Of a stretch of 64,000 nt of DNA, positions 50,681 to 60,524 are shown in pieces (position 1 is the stretch's first letter; every line of letters starts with the position of its first letter). Made by a program: the position numbers and the translations under genes. The notes beneath the pieces were generated by a model. It saw only the letters and a list, made by a program, of their open reading frames with translations. It was not told the DNA's origin and made no database searches. The DNA is from Flavobacteriales bacterium (GTDB lineage Bacteria; Bacteroidota; Bacteroidia; Flavobacteriales_C; GCA-002722245), in contig JAQXEE010000115.1 in the NCBI GenBank assembly GCA_029251005.1, positions 11,743-75,742 on the forward strand, given 5' to 3'.

Positions 50681-50827
50681 CTTTCAATAAATTTGAATTG
50701 CTAAGATAAAAACAATTAGTATTCCAAAATGGCAATTTTCAAGGATTTAAAGTTGTTCTTTCTTTTTTTTTGAGGTTTAAATGATATTCATCACAATAAT
50801 TTAATCTGTTTAAATTATTTTAGCACT

Positions 50828-51718
50828 ATGACTTTAATTAAGATTGGAACCAGAGGGAGTGATTTGGCTTTATGGCAAGCTAATTTTGTAAAAAGTGAAC
50901 TACAAAAATTGGGCTGTAATGTTGAAATTAACATCATAAAAACTCAAGGAGATAAAATCCAACACTTAAGTTTCGATAAATTAGAAGGTAAAGGATTTTT
51001 CACTAAAGAAATAGAAGATGCTTTATTAAGTGAGGCTGTAGACTTAGCTGTTCATTCACACAAAGACTTAGAAACAAATCAGCCTGAGGGTCTTGAAGTA
51101 GTTGCGGTTTCTGATAGAGCAAACCCTGCAGATATTCTTTTAATTCAAAAAGATGCATATGATGCCTCTAAAAATCTAGGACTAAAAGAAGGTGCTATAG
51201 TTGGTACATCATCGGCAAGACGAAAAGCTCTTTTAACCGCTTTCCGCCCAGACGCAAAAATTAAGGATTTAAGAGGGAATGTTCCGACACGAATTGATAA
51301 ATTACGCCAAAGAAACTATGACGCAATCATTTTAGCTAAAGCTGGGGTTTCGAGATTAGAAATTGACTTATCTGATTTTCATGTTGAAGTATTAAAACCG
51401 CAAGAATTTATTCCTGCTCCTGCTCAAGGTGTGCTCGGATTACAAATCAGATTAAATGATGAAAAAACAAGAGCTGTTGTTTCAAAAATGAACAATCCTG
51501 ATGTCAAATCATTAATAAATATCGAAAGAGGAGTTTTAAATAAACTAAATGGTGGTTGCCAATTACCTCTGGGAGTTTATGCCGAAAAAATCGATGGTAA
51601 ATTTGAAGTGTGGACTGCTTTAGGACAGGAAGATGGTTCGCTAAAGCGCCTTCAATCAACGTTTGAAAAAGAAGAAGGTGCAGCTGATTCTATTATTACA
51701 GAGTTAAAAAAAAAGTAG
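50828..51718 (+). CDS. hemC: Hydroxymethylbilane synthase (porphobilinogen deaminase)
   Basis: The protein begins IKIGTRGSDLALWQAN and has a GGCQLP dipyrromethane cofactor Cys region. Confidence 0.92.
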   Translation: MTLIKIGTRGSDLALWQANFVKSELQKLGCNVEINIIKTQGDKIQHLSFDKLEGKGFFTKEIEDALLSEAVDLAVHSHKDLETNQPEGLEVVAVSDRANPADILLIQKDAYDASKNLGLKEGAIVGTSSARRKALLTAFRPDAKIKDLRGNVPTRIDKLRQRNYDAIILAKAGVSRLEIDLSDFHVEVLKPQEFIPAPAQGVLGLQIRLNDEKTRAVVSKMNNPDVKSLINIERGVLNKLNGGCQLPLGVYAEKIDGKFEVWTALGQEDGSLKRLQSTFEKEEGAADSIITELKKK

Positions 51719-51792
51719 AACCTAAAAGAGTTTTCATTTCAAAGAATTTAGATAAAAACAGTTTATTTAAGTCTGCATTTATCCCTACTGCA

Positions 51793-52371
51793 TTGACGTT
51801 AATCACAAACTCATTAATTTCATTCAAATCTATAAATGTAAGTAATGTTCCCCAAGCTGATTGGATCTTTTTCACGAGTAAAAACTCTGTTAAATTCTTT
51901 TTTAAACAAGGATTAAAGATTGAGAATTGCAAGGTTGCTTGTGTTGGGCGTGGCACACACAAAGAACTTGCTACACATACCAATAAAATTAATTTCATTG
52001 GAGATTCCGTTAATATTAAAGATGTTGGATTAAAGTTTGTAAAAAAAGTAAATGAAGGAACTTGTGTTTTTCCTGTTTCAAATATATCCAAAAGAACTAT
52101 CCAACAGTTTTTCATAGACCAATCAAAAGTAACGGATTTAATTGTTTACGAAACAAAAGAGAAAAGCGAGTTTTCTAATCCAAAAGCCGATATTTTAATA
52201 TTTACGAGCCCATCAAATGCTAGAGCATATTTTAAAAAGTATCAGCTAGAAAAACATCAAAATGTTATTTCTATGGGCCCCTCTACAGGTAAACAACTTG
52301 AATCGCTAGGAATAAAAAATTATAAAACACCAAAATCTACCGGTGAATTAGGTCTAATCGACTTGATTTAA
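51793..52371 (+). CDS. hemD: Uroporphyrinogen-III synthase. Only the TTG-initiated ORF is given. Conserved-looking coding sequence in this frame begins at 51688 with no start codon (see findings).
   Basis: The protein has HemD-like blocks and sits directly after hemC. Confidence 0.7.
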   Translation: MTLITNSLISFKSINVSNVPQADWIFFTSKNSVKFFFKQGLKIENCKVACVGRGTHKELATHTNKINFIGDSVNIKDVGLKFVKKVNEGTCVFPVSNISKRTIQQFFIDQSKVTDLIVYETKEKSEFSNPKADILIFTSPSNARAYFKKYQLEKHQNVISMGPSTGKQLESLGIKNYKTPKSTGELGLIDLI

Positions 52372-52555
52372 AATGAAAGCATAAATTTAATCTGGGTTCT
52401 TTTTAAATCAGAAATTCTGACTCTTCCTCACCACCAACCAATCCATAATTTATAAATAAAAGTCACGTTATATTCTTTTCAAAAATTTAGTACGAAAACT
52501 CATTCTGTACCTAACTAGATAAGCTAAATAATGGTTAAACGTAGTATTGGCTCAA

Positions 52556-53641
52556 TTAGGTAGAACTCTTCTCACCCCAAACTTTAGTTCCTTCTGTGCA
52601 ATTTTTACAAATTTCAATTTCAGATCTCGATTTTAAAATCGATTGCCTGAAACCTTGATATTTTTGACCTTTCCAAATAGATTTAAAATCAGATTCAGCT
52701 AATTGTCCTAGTTGATGAGTAGCGTCTTTATCGAAACAACAAGGTACAATTCCACCATCCCAAGTAATAACACAACCTTGCCACATTCTCCAGCAAGAAT
52801 TAATCATCTTATTTTTCACGCCCCACGTTCCATCCTTCTTTTCATAATATCGTGAATATTTATCAATAGATGGAATTAGTTCATTGCCGTTTTCGTAATC
52901 ATAAACCTGAGCTGTTTTTAAACGAACCTCATCTACTCCTATTTCTTTACCTAACCTTAAAACATCATCTATTTGATGTTCGTTGTGACTAACTACTAAA
53001 AATTGGAAAATAACAAAGGGCTTAGATGTATTATTTTCTTTCTTTGCTTTAATCACGTTTCTGGCTCCTTCCAAAGCCTTCTCTAATTTACCTCCTACTC
53101 GGTAAGACTCGTATGTCTCTTGTGTGGTTCCATCAATAGAAATGATTAATCGATCTAATCCTGAATCAATGGTTTTTTGTGCGATCTCTTCATTTAAGTA
53201 GTGTCCATTTGTTGAAGTTGCTGAATAAATTTTATTTTTATGAGCAAACTTAACCATATCCAAAAATGCAGGATTTAAATAAGGCTCACCTTGAAAATAA
53301 AAAGTCAGGTAATGTAATTCATTTTTTAACTGTACAATCGTCTTTTCAAAAAATTTATTTTCCAACATACCTCTTGGCCTAGTAAAAGCACGTAATCCAC
53401 TTGGGCACTCAGGACACCTCAAATTGCATGAAGTTGTTGGTTCAAATGAAATACTCGCAGGAAAACCCCATTGAACGGGCTTTTTTAAAAGCTTAGAAAA
53501 ATAATAACTAGCCAGTAACTTCCAAGAGTTTATCACCTTAGAAAATGTAAGCTTTGATGCTAAATTTATTTGGTCTTTAAATCTTGCTTTCAATGGATTA
53601 ATTTTGTTCAAATCTACATTAAACTGAGGAGAATTAAACAA
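52556..53641 (-). CDS. Radical SAM enzyme with C-terminal SPASM domain
   Basis: The protein has a CNLRCPEC (CxxxCxxC) radical SAM cluster motif and a C-terminal cysteine-rich SPASM region (CCFD…C…C). Confidence 0.8.
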   Translation of the reverse strand: MFNSPQFNVDLNKINPLKARFKDQINLASKLTFSKVINSWKLLASYYFSKLLKKPVQWGFPASISFEPTTSCNLRCPECPSGLRAFTRPRGMLENKFFEKTIVQLKNELHYLTFYFQGEPYLNPAFLDMVKFAHKNKIYSATSTNGHYLNEEIAQKTIDSGLDRLIISIDGTTQETYESYRVGGKLEKALEGARNVIKAKKENNTSKPFVIFQFLVVSHNEHQIDDVLRLGKEIGVDEVRLKTAQVYDYENGNELIPSIDKYSRYYEKKDGTWGVKNKMINSCWRMWQGCVITWDGGIVPCCFDKDATHQLGQLAESDFKSIWKGQKYQGFRQSILKSRSEIEICKNCTEGTKVWGEKSST

Positions 53642-53741
53642 TAACGTTATTAATAAAAGCTATTGAGTTAAACCTTCGTACAATCAAGTGCGTACAATAA
53701 ATTGGAATAGTCTTTGGTAAACTTAGATTAAATTAAGTAAT

Positions 53742-54560
53742 ATGAGAATAGGATTTATATTAACATTTGGAATAATAATTACAGGTTTATATGCTTTCAC
53801 ACCTAATAACGATAGCAGTCAAAAGGAACGAGATACACTTAGAATAGTTAAGCAAAATTCATTTAAAAAAGGTGAATTACTAGAATACGATGCCTCTTAT
53901 GGTTTTTTTGATGCTGCAAAAGTAACGTTAGAAGTTGCTAATAAATCAGAAATAGTAAATGGTAGAAAAACCATGCATGTAATTGGTAAAGGTAAATCGT
54001 TAGGTACATTCAGATGGTTCTTTAAGGTAGAGGATCGATATGAGACGTTTATAGATGAAAAAGCTATACTTCCTTGGAAATTCATCAGACATGTCCGCGA
54101 AGGCGGCTATAAATTAGATAGAGGGATTGAATTCGACCACTACAATAACAAAGCTACAGTTGCTCAAAAAGATACAAGTTCTTACAAAGTTAAACCCAAT
54201 ACTCAAGATTTACTTTCTGCTTTTTATTACAGTAGAACTTTAGATTTACAAAATGCAATTCTTGGGCAAGAATTCGTAATTAATACTTTTTTCGACCGTG
54301 AAATGTATCCCTTAAAAATCAAATTTCTTGGAAGAGAAAAGATTAAGGTAAAATTAGGAGAGTTTAACTGTTTAAAATTCCGACCTATGTTAGAGAAAGG
54401 AAGAGTTTTCAAAGATGAAGAAGATATGACTTTGTGGATTAGTGATGACGCAAGCAAGGTTCCCGTTCGATTAAAAACTGATTTAATGATTGGCTCAATT
54501 AAACTTGATTTAACAGGATACAAAAACTTATCAGCTCCTTTAAACAAAATAAAAGACTAG
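53742..54560 (+). CDS. Hypothetical protein with N-terminal TM/signal anchor, DUF3108-like
   Basis: The 272-aa ORF has a beta-rich composition. The family assignment is tentative. Confidence 0.4.
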   Translation: MRIGFILTFGIIITGLYAFTPNNDSSQKERDTLRIVKQNSFKKGELLEYDASYGFFDAAKVTLEVANKSEIVNGRKTMHVIGKGKSLGTFRWFFKVEDRYETFIDEKAILPWKFIRHVREGGYKLDRGIEFDHYNNKATVAQKDTSSYKVKPNTQDLLSAFYYSRTLDLQNAILGQEFVINTFFDREMYPLKIKFLGREKIKVKLGEFNCLKFRPMLEKGRVFKDEEDMTLWISDDASKVPVRLKTDLMIGSIKLDLTGYKNLSAPLNKIKD

Positions 54561-54576
54561 ACATTTGTTAACTAAG

Positions 54577-57147
54577 TTAATTGGTATAGTTTCTTTTAAA
54601 GAAGTCAACATAACCAACAACATCCTTATGCTTAAAAAGTTTAGTGTAATTGGTTTTAGATATTGTAAAAAACAAATCTCCGGTTTCTTTCTTCCCTTTT
54701 AAGAACTCATCTTTTACAGTAAGGTAATACTTCGAAAATTCTTTTTCATTTTTAAATGGCTTTACGACCAAAACACTCTCGTCTTCGTCCCATGCTAAAG
54801 CCTTTACCTTTAAAGCCTTGTTTTTAAAAAAGTTAGTGTTGAAGTCAGACAATCCATTTAACAAATCTGACTCCTTATTTATTTTATTATTAAATATTAA
54901 AACAAAATAATGAGGTTCTGATTTTGAAGACTTGAATTGCTTTTCTTTCGATAAGGAATCCATCTTAGATTTAACTTTCTTTTGATGCTCTCTTCGTAAT
55001 CCAACCAAAATTAAATCTATTTCTGCAGCAACTTCAGTTCCGTTATTTTTTTGGTAAGCCTTTTTTAAGTTCGACTCTAAACTGTCTTTTCCAAAAACAT
55101 TACCTAGAGCAAACGCTTCCAACAAATCAAAGCGCCCAGCTAGCTCTCCACCAGTTAAATTTGGTTTATACAATCTAACCTCATTAATAACCATTTCATA
55201 TTTTTCGGATTTATACAGCGCAAATAATTGCCCATATTTCAATTCATTAGCTTGGTCATTTTTTTCTTGCTCAGCTAACATTCCTGGGTTTAACAAAAGC
55301 TTTGCATATTCAGATCCAGCATGATCTGAGAGAATTTTATTCTTAACTATTTCCCGCCTATCATAAAGTTTTAACTTATCGTAATTACGATATAATTGGT
55401 ACAAAGAAATTGCCTCTTTTAAATTTTTAGGATAGCGGTTTACAAGCTTATTGAAATAAAAATTTGACTGCTCTAAATCGGAGAAATTATCACGATACAA
55501 GATTCCCAATTGATAATAAGATCTTTGAATTTTATCATTTGCTATTGCTTTCTGATCAACGTCCAAAGGAAGGTCTTTTAAATAAAAATCAACTGTTTGG
55601 TTTTCTGGTATATTCTCGTATGTTGTGATTTCCTCCTCCAAAGCCTCGAAAGTTAATGATGTTTTATCACTTCTTCTCCAGTTGTCTTCTAACTTACGGT
55701 CACCCCATAAACCTTTAAAATCAGCTAAACCAGCAATTAATAACGATGGGTTATCAAAAATCCAATTCGGTCCATTACTTCCTAGAATTGCAATATTGGC
55801 AAGAGCTTCTTCTTTTTGAGCTTCAAGCAAACCTGCTTTTTCATCAGCATCAACTTTTGCCGATTCTATTTTAGCGTTAATAAAATCAACTCTTTCCTCG
55901 TTACTCATGTTAGCAATCTTCAATAAACTATCTTGATTTTTAACAACCTTAATATGTTTAACAAGTTCTTCTAAACTTAAGTTCTTCTCATATATTTCGG
56001 TATAACTAGAATGTGTTTTTGGCAAAGCTATTAAGCAAGAATCATAATAATTAGAAGCCGATAAATAATCTGGTTGTTCAAAATAGTAATCACCCAAAGC
56101 TAAATAAGCTTTTCCTTTTTGTTTCTGATTCTTCAAGCTAGATGCAGCTGACTTTTTATAGTTAGATATCGTATTAACTTCGTCCCCTTTTCTCTCATAT
56201 ACTTTTGCCAAGGCGTAATAAATTTGGTCTTTGTACTCTTTATTCTTTTCGTCCTTTAGCATTTTTCTTAAAAGAGAAATCACCTCATTCCCATTTCCAT
56301 CATGAGTTACTGCAAGATTAATTTTTGCATTAAACTGGAGGTCATAATTTGTTGCTTTCTTACCAATCAACTCGTATAAATCAGATGCTTTTTTAAGATC
56401 TCCTTTCCTCTGGTACATCTGAGCCAAAATAAATTGAATTCTTCTCTTCAATTTTCTTTTCTTGATTAAGGAAGTAGCTTGCTCCAAAGCTGTAATCGCT
56501 TTTTCAGGTTGACCACTTCTTTTAAAAGCTATTGCTTCATATAAAACTAACTCATCTCCAAATTTTTCAGGAAACTCTTTATCTTCCTTAATCGCTTTTA
56601 TTAAAGTTTCAGCATCAACATAATTCTCCTGATAGATATATGTTAAAGCTAACCACAAAGAGGCTCTATGTCTTTCAATACCTTCTTTAAACGTTTTTTT
56701 GATATACAGAAAGGTTTCTGAAGCAGAAATTAAATCAAATTTTAAAAAACGAGCTTTTCCAACTAATAAATATGAATCGTCTATCATTGAATTTACTTCA
56801 ACTTCTTCACCTTTAATCTTAAACTTCATAGAGTGGTTATCAACCATTTTCGCAGCTTTAATAATAGCTCTATTAAGGTTCGGGTATTCAGATTTATTAG
56901 CAATCTCATCTCCAAATTGAAATACATCCAAAATTTCATCAAAGTCGTCCTCGTGATTATCAGAAATATTCTTCTTAGCCAATTTATAGGCTTCATTACC
57001 ATTAAAAAACCCGTTATACTTAACAGTTAAAGAATGATAATTCTTGTTTAAAAAAGCATTCTTCTCTGTGGTGCAACCCCAAACAATGAATCCTATTATT
57101 ATAAGGTATGTGAGTTTTTTAGTCAAAATGTCTACTAAGATAATCAA
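54577..57147 (-). CDS. TPR-repeat lipoprotein; candidate SprE/PorW-like T9SS component
   Basis: The 856-aa ORF has a lipobox (VWGCTTE) and multiple TPR-like helical repeats. Size and architecture match F. johnsoniae SprE (about 870-aa TPR lipoprotein). No alignment was done. Confidence 0.5.
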   Translation of the reverse strand: MIILVDILTKKLTYLIIIGFIVWGCTTEKNAFLNKNYHSLTVKYNGFFNGNEAYKLAKKNISDNHEDDFDEILDVFQFGDEIANKSEYPNLNRAIIKAAKMVDNHSMKFKIKGEEVEVNSMIDDSYLLVGKARFLKFDLISASETFLYIKKTFKEGIERHRASLWLALTYIYQENYVDAETLIKAIKEDKEFPEKFGDELVLYEAIAFKRSGQPEKAITALEQATSLIKKRKLKRRIQFILAQMYQRKGDLKKASDLYELIGKKATNYDLQFNAKINLAVTHDGNGNEVISLLRKMLKDEKNKEYKDQIYYALAKVYERKGDEVNTISNYKKSAASSLKNQKQKGKAYLALGDYYFEQPDYLSASNYYDSCLIALPKTHSSYTEIYEKNLSLEELVKHIKVVKNQDSLLKIANMSNEERVDFINAKIESAKVDADEKAGLLEAQKEEALANIAILGSNGPNWIFDNPSLLIAGLADFKGLWGDRKLEDNWRRSDKTSLTFEALEEEITTYENIPENQTVDFYLKDLPLDVDQKAIANDKIQRSYYQLGILYRDNFSDLEQSNFYFNKLVNRYPKNLKEAISLYQLYRNYDKLKLYDRREIVKNKILSDHAGSEYAKLLLNPGMLAEQEKNDQANELKYGQLFALYKSEKYEMVINEVRLYKPNLTGGELAGRFDLLEAFALGNVFGKDSLESNLKKAYQKNNGTEVAAEIDLILVGLRREHQKKVKSKMDSLSKEKQFKSSKSEPHYFVLIFNNKINKESDLLNGLSDFNTNFFKNKALKVKALAWDEDESVLVVKPFKNEKEFSKYYLTVKDEFLKGKKETGDLFFTISKTNYTKLFKHKDVVGYVDFFKRNYTN

Positions 57148-57583
57148 CCCCTATTAAAAGGAGAAATTAAAGATGTAAAGTTAAACGCATAAATTATATA
57201 AATAGTGTTCAGTTTCTATTTATTACAACAAGCTATACTTCTTCAATAATCTATTGTAATACACTAAAATTGAGTCTTATATTATAGAACGAAACCGGAC
57301 AAAACTTATAATTTTATGCAAAGCCCTAAATTAATTTTCAACTTAAAGTCTTTTTTGCCGCTCGATAAGACATTTTCTTGTCGCAAAGTAAATCATCTCT
57401 AATCTCTACAATTTTTTCAAAAGATGAGTAAACAATTACGCTGTGTAATTAGTCCGTATTATCTGCTTGTTGTAGCAAATAAAATAATTAAGCAATAAAG
57501 GTGGTTACCCTTTTTAAATAGAAAAATCGGACAAAAAAAGGGAAGCCAAAAAGCTTCCCTAATGTTATTTGAAATAAAAAATA

Positions 57584-59383
57584 TTACTTATTTCTTTTTC
57601 TTTCACCTTCGTTCAAGAATATTTTTCTTATTCGAATTTGAACTGGAGTTACTTCGACATATTCATCGCTTTGAATATATTCTAGGTACTCTTCAAGAGT
57701 TCTTTTAATTGCTGGTACAATTTTAACAGCATCATCAGTACCTGACGAACGAACGTTAGATTGCTTCTTAGCTTTAGTAACATTAACTGTTAAATCACCC
57801 TCACGGCTATTTTCCCCAATTACTTGACCTTCATAAATTGCTTCATTTGGATCGATAAAAAACTTACCTCTTTCTTGCAGTTTATTAATAGAGAAAGGAA
57901 CTGAAGCACCAAGTTCCATACTTATTAACGAACCATTTTGACGTTGAGGAATATCTCCTTTCCATGGTTCGTATCTTACAAAACGGTGCGCCATAATAGC
58001 TTCTCCAGATGTAGCAGTAAGCATAGAACCTCTCATTCCGATTAACCCTCTTGAAGGAACATCAAATTCAATTTTAACTCTAGTACCTATTGGAGTCATT
58101 GATTTTAATTCTCCTTTGTTCTTAGTAATCATTTCGATAACCTTACCTGAAGTTTCGTCTGGAACATCAACAGTTAATTCTTCGATTGGCTCACATTTTT
58201 TACCATCAATAGTTTTAACTAAAACTTGTGGCTGACCAACTTGAAGCTCGAAACCTTCACGTCTCATTTCTTCAATTAACACAGCTAAATGCATAATCCC
58301 TCTACCAGAAACCATCCACTTATCTCCAGAATCAGTATCGGCAACTTTCATCGCTAAGTTTTTCTCTAATTCTTTCGCTAAACGATCCTTGATATGGCGA
58401 GAAGTAACAAACTTACCTTCTTTACCAAAAAATGGAGAGTTGTTAATTGTAAACAACATACTCATTGTTGGCTCATCAATTGTGATTGCAGGTAATGCTT
58501 CTGGCTCTTCACTATCGGCGATTGTATCTCCAATTTCAAACCCTTCAATTCCTGTAATTGCACAAATATCTCCAGCCTCAACTTCTTGAACAGGTCTTTT
58601 CCCTAGTCCTTCAAAAACCATTAGTTCTTTTATTTTCGCCTTAGCGATTGAACCATCTCTTTTTACCAAAGAGATATTTTGATTAACTTTTAAAGTTCCT
58701 CTAACTAGTCTTCCAATTGCAATTCTACCTACAAAAGCAGAATAATCTAAAGATGTAATTTGAAGTTGAGTATTTCCTTCTGGAATTTCTATAGTAGGAA
58801 TATGTTTAATTATCTCATCAAAGATAATGTTAACATTATCAGTTGGTTTTTTCCAATCATCACTAAGCCATCCATTCTTTGCAGAACCGTATACAACTGG
58901 GAAATCTAATTGATCTTCAGTTCCACCAAGATCGAACATTAAATCAAATACCTTTTCATAAACGAATTCAGGATCACAGTTTTCTTTATCTACTTTATTT
59001 ACACAAACCATTGGCTTCAAACCCAATTCGATTGCTTTTTGTAGCACAAAACGCGTTTGAGGCATAGGTCCTTCAATAGCATCTACTAACAAGCAAACAC
59101 CATCACACATCTTTAATACACGCTCAACTTCTCCACCAAAATCACTGTGACCTGGCGTATCAATGATGTTGATTTTATAGTCTTTATATTGCACGGATGC
59201 ATTTTTTGAACGAATAGTTATCCCACGTTCTTTTTCAAGATCATTACTATCCATTATCAATTCTCCAACTTCTTGGTGTTCTGCAAATACTGCACAAGCG
59301 TGAAGCATTTTATCTACTAATGTAGTCTTACCGTGGTCAACGTGCGCAATAATCGCGATGTTTTTAACCTTCATAAAAAACAA
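57584..59383 (-). CDS. typA: Translational GTPase TypA/BipA
   Basis: The protein begins NIAIIAHVDHGKTTLVD and has DSNDLEKERGITI, DTPGHSDFGGEVERV and NKVD motifs. The real start is probably an internal Met (MKVKN). Confidence 0.92.
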   Translation of the reverse strand: MFFMKVKNIAIIAHVDHGKTTLVDKMLHACAVFAEHQEVGELIMDSNDLEKERGITIRSKNASVQYKDYKINIIDTPGHSDFGGEVERVLKMCDGVCLLVDAIEGPMPQTRFVLQKAIELGLKPMVCVNKVDKENCDPEFVYEKVFDLMFDLGGTEDQLDFPVVYGSAKNGWLSDDWKKPTDNVNIIFDEIIKHIPTIEIPEGNTQLQITSLDYSAFVGRIAIGRLVRGTLKVNQNISLVKRDGSIAKAKIKELMVFEGLGKRPVQEVEAGDICAITGIEGFEIGDTIADSEEPEALPAITIDEPTMSMLFTINNSPFFGKEGKFVTSRHIKDRLAKELEKNLAMKVADTDSGDKWMVSGRGIMHLAVLIEEMRREGFELQVGQPQVLVKTIDGKKCEPIEELTVDVPDETSGKVIEMITKNKGELKSMTPIGTRVKIEFDVPSRGLIGMRGSMLTATSGEAIMAHRFVRYEPWKGDIPQRQNGSLISMELGASVPFSINKLQERGKFFIDPNEAIYEGQVIGENSREGDLTVNVTKAKKQSNVRSSGTDDAVKIVPAIKRTLEEYLEYIQSDEYVEVTPVQIRIRKIFLNEGERKRNK

Positions 59384-59473
59384 TTTTTTAAATCAAGGTG
59401 CAAAGATAAGATTTAAAACTAAGTGATGCGTGAAATTATTTCGGTCTTGCAAATTAATTGGAATTATTATTAA

Positions 59474-60487
59474 TTACTTCTCAATTATATGCCGATTTCT
59501 ATTGAAGTTCATATAAAATATCCCCAATGATAGTGCAATTGTTAAATAACTCATCCAACTGTAAACTCCTGCAGCATTAAAAACACCTTCTTCAATTATG
59601 TTATTCAATGACGCTTTAGAAGCTGTTGTGATAACAAAGTAGTTAAACAACACTAAAAAGTTATTTATTAAATGAACAACCATAGGAAAAGCTATATTCC
59701 TTCCCCAATAATATAGATAACCTAAAACAACTCCAAGTACAAAATAGTAGAGAAAGTTTGTTAAATTAAAATGAACTCCTGCAAATAACAAGGCTTGAAT
59801 CGCAATTGCATTATGAATATTAGTGCGTTCGCTAAACAAACGCATCAATAACCCTCTGAAAAGTAATTCCTCTCCTATTGCAGGAATTAAACATATTCCT
59901 ATGAACGTAATTAAATATCCTCTCTCATCATTAGGCATGATGTAAATCATTTCTCCTATTGACTTAATTGTATCGGATAGTAAATCGGAATTAAATAACC
60001 AATTTTGAAAAAGGTCTAATTTTAAATATTCATTTAACCGAAGAGCATCCGAACCTAATTTTGGAATATGATAGGCTAATAAAACTGATGCAATAAATAG
60101 AACAGGAGTTTTGTTGTTCACTAAAACCGCTTTCAAACCTTCTTTAAAAAAGATATAAATTAAAACGAGACCTAGTCCTAAGTAAGAAAATAAGTTAACG
60201 GTTATAAATAAATAGAATGCCTTATTTAATTCACTTGGAGGGGTTTCTTTTATTATTGACTGAATCCCTTTTAGCTCAGAAATAACGTCAACCTCATCAT
60301 TAATTATAACTTTTTCTGCCAATGCAATAGTTTTTATTTTAACTTCAGGATTCGTTAATTCATCCAAGTTCATTCCCGTTATAAGCATCAATAATAACGA
60401 AACAATTACATTTAAAAGTAACATACTTATAACAGTAGAAATAATCTTTTTTGGTGTCCCCCAATTTCTGAATGTATCTAAAGACAT
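59474..60487 (-). CDS. CPBP family intramembrane glutamic endopeptidase (CAAX protease-like)
   Basis: The protein has EELLFRG (EExxxR) and FAGVHF (FxxxH) motifs and multiple TM helices. Confidence 0.75.
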   Translation of the reverse strand: MSLDTFRNWGTPKKIISTVISMLLLNVIVSLLLMLITGMNLDELTNPEVKIKTIALAEKVIINDEVDVISELKGIQSIIKETPPSELNKAFYLFITVNLFSYLGLGLVLIYIFFKEGLKAVLVNNKTPVLFIASVLLAYHIPKLGSDALRLNEYLKLDLFQNWLFNSDLLSDTIKSIGEMIYIMPNDERGYLITFIGICLIPAIGEELLFRGLLMRLFSERTNIHNAIAIQALLFAGVHFNLTNFLYYFVLGVVLGYLYYWGRNIAFPMVVHLINNFLVLFNYFVITTASKASLNNIIEEGVFNAAGVYSWMSYLTIALSLGIFYMNFNRNRHIIEK

Positions 60488-60524
60488 ATAGATTTATCTT
60501 TCTGTTTATCTTTGTAAAATAATT

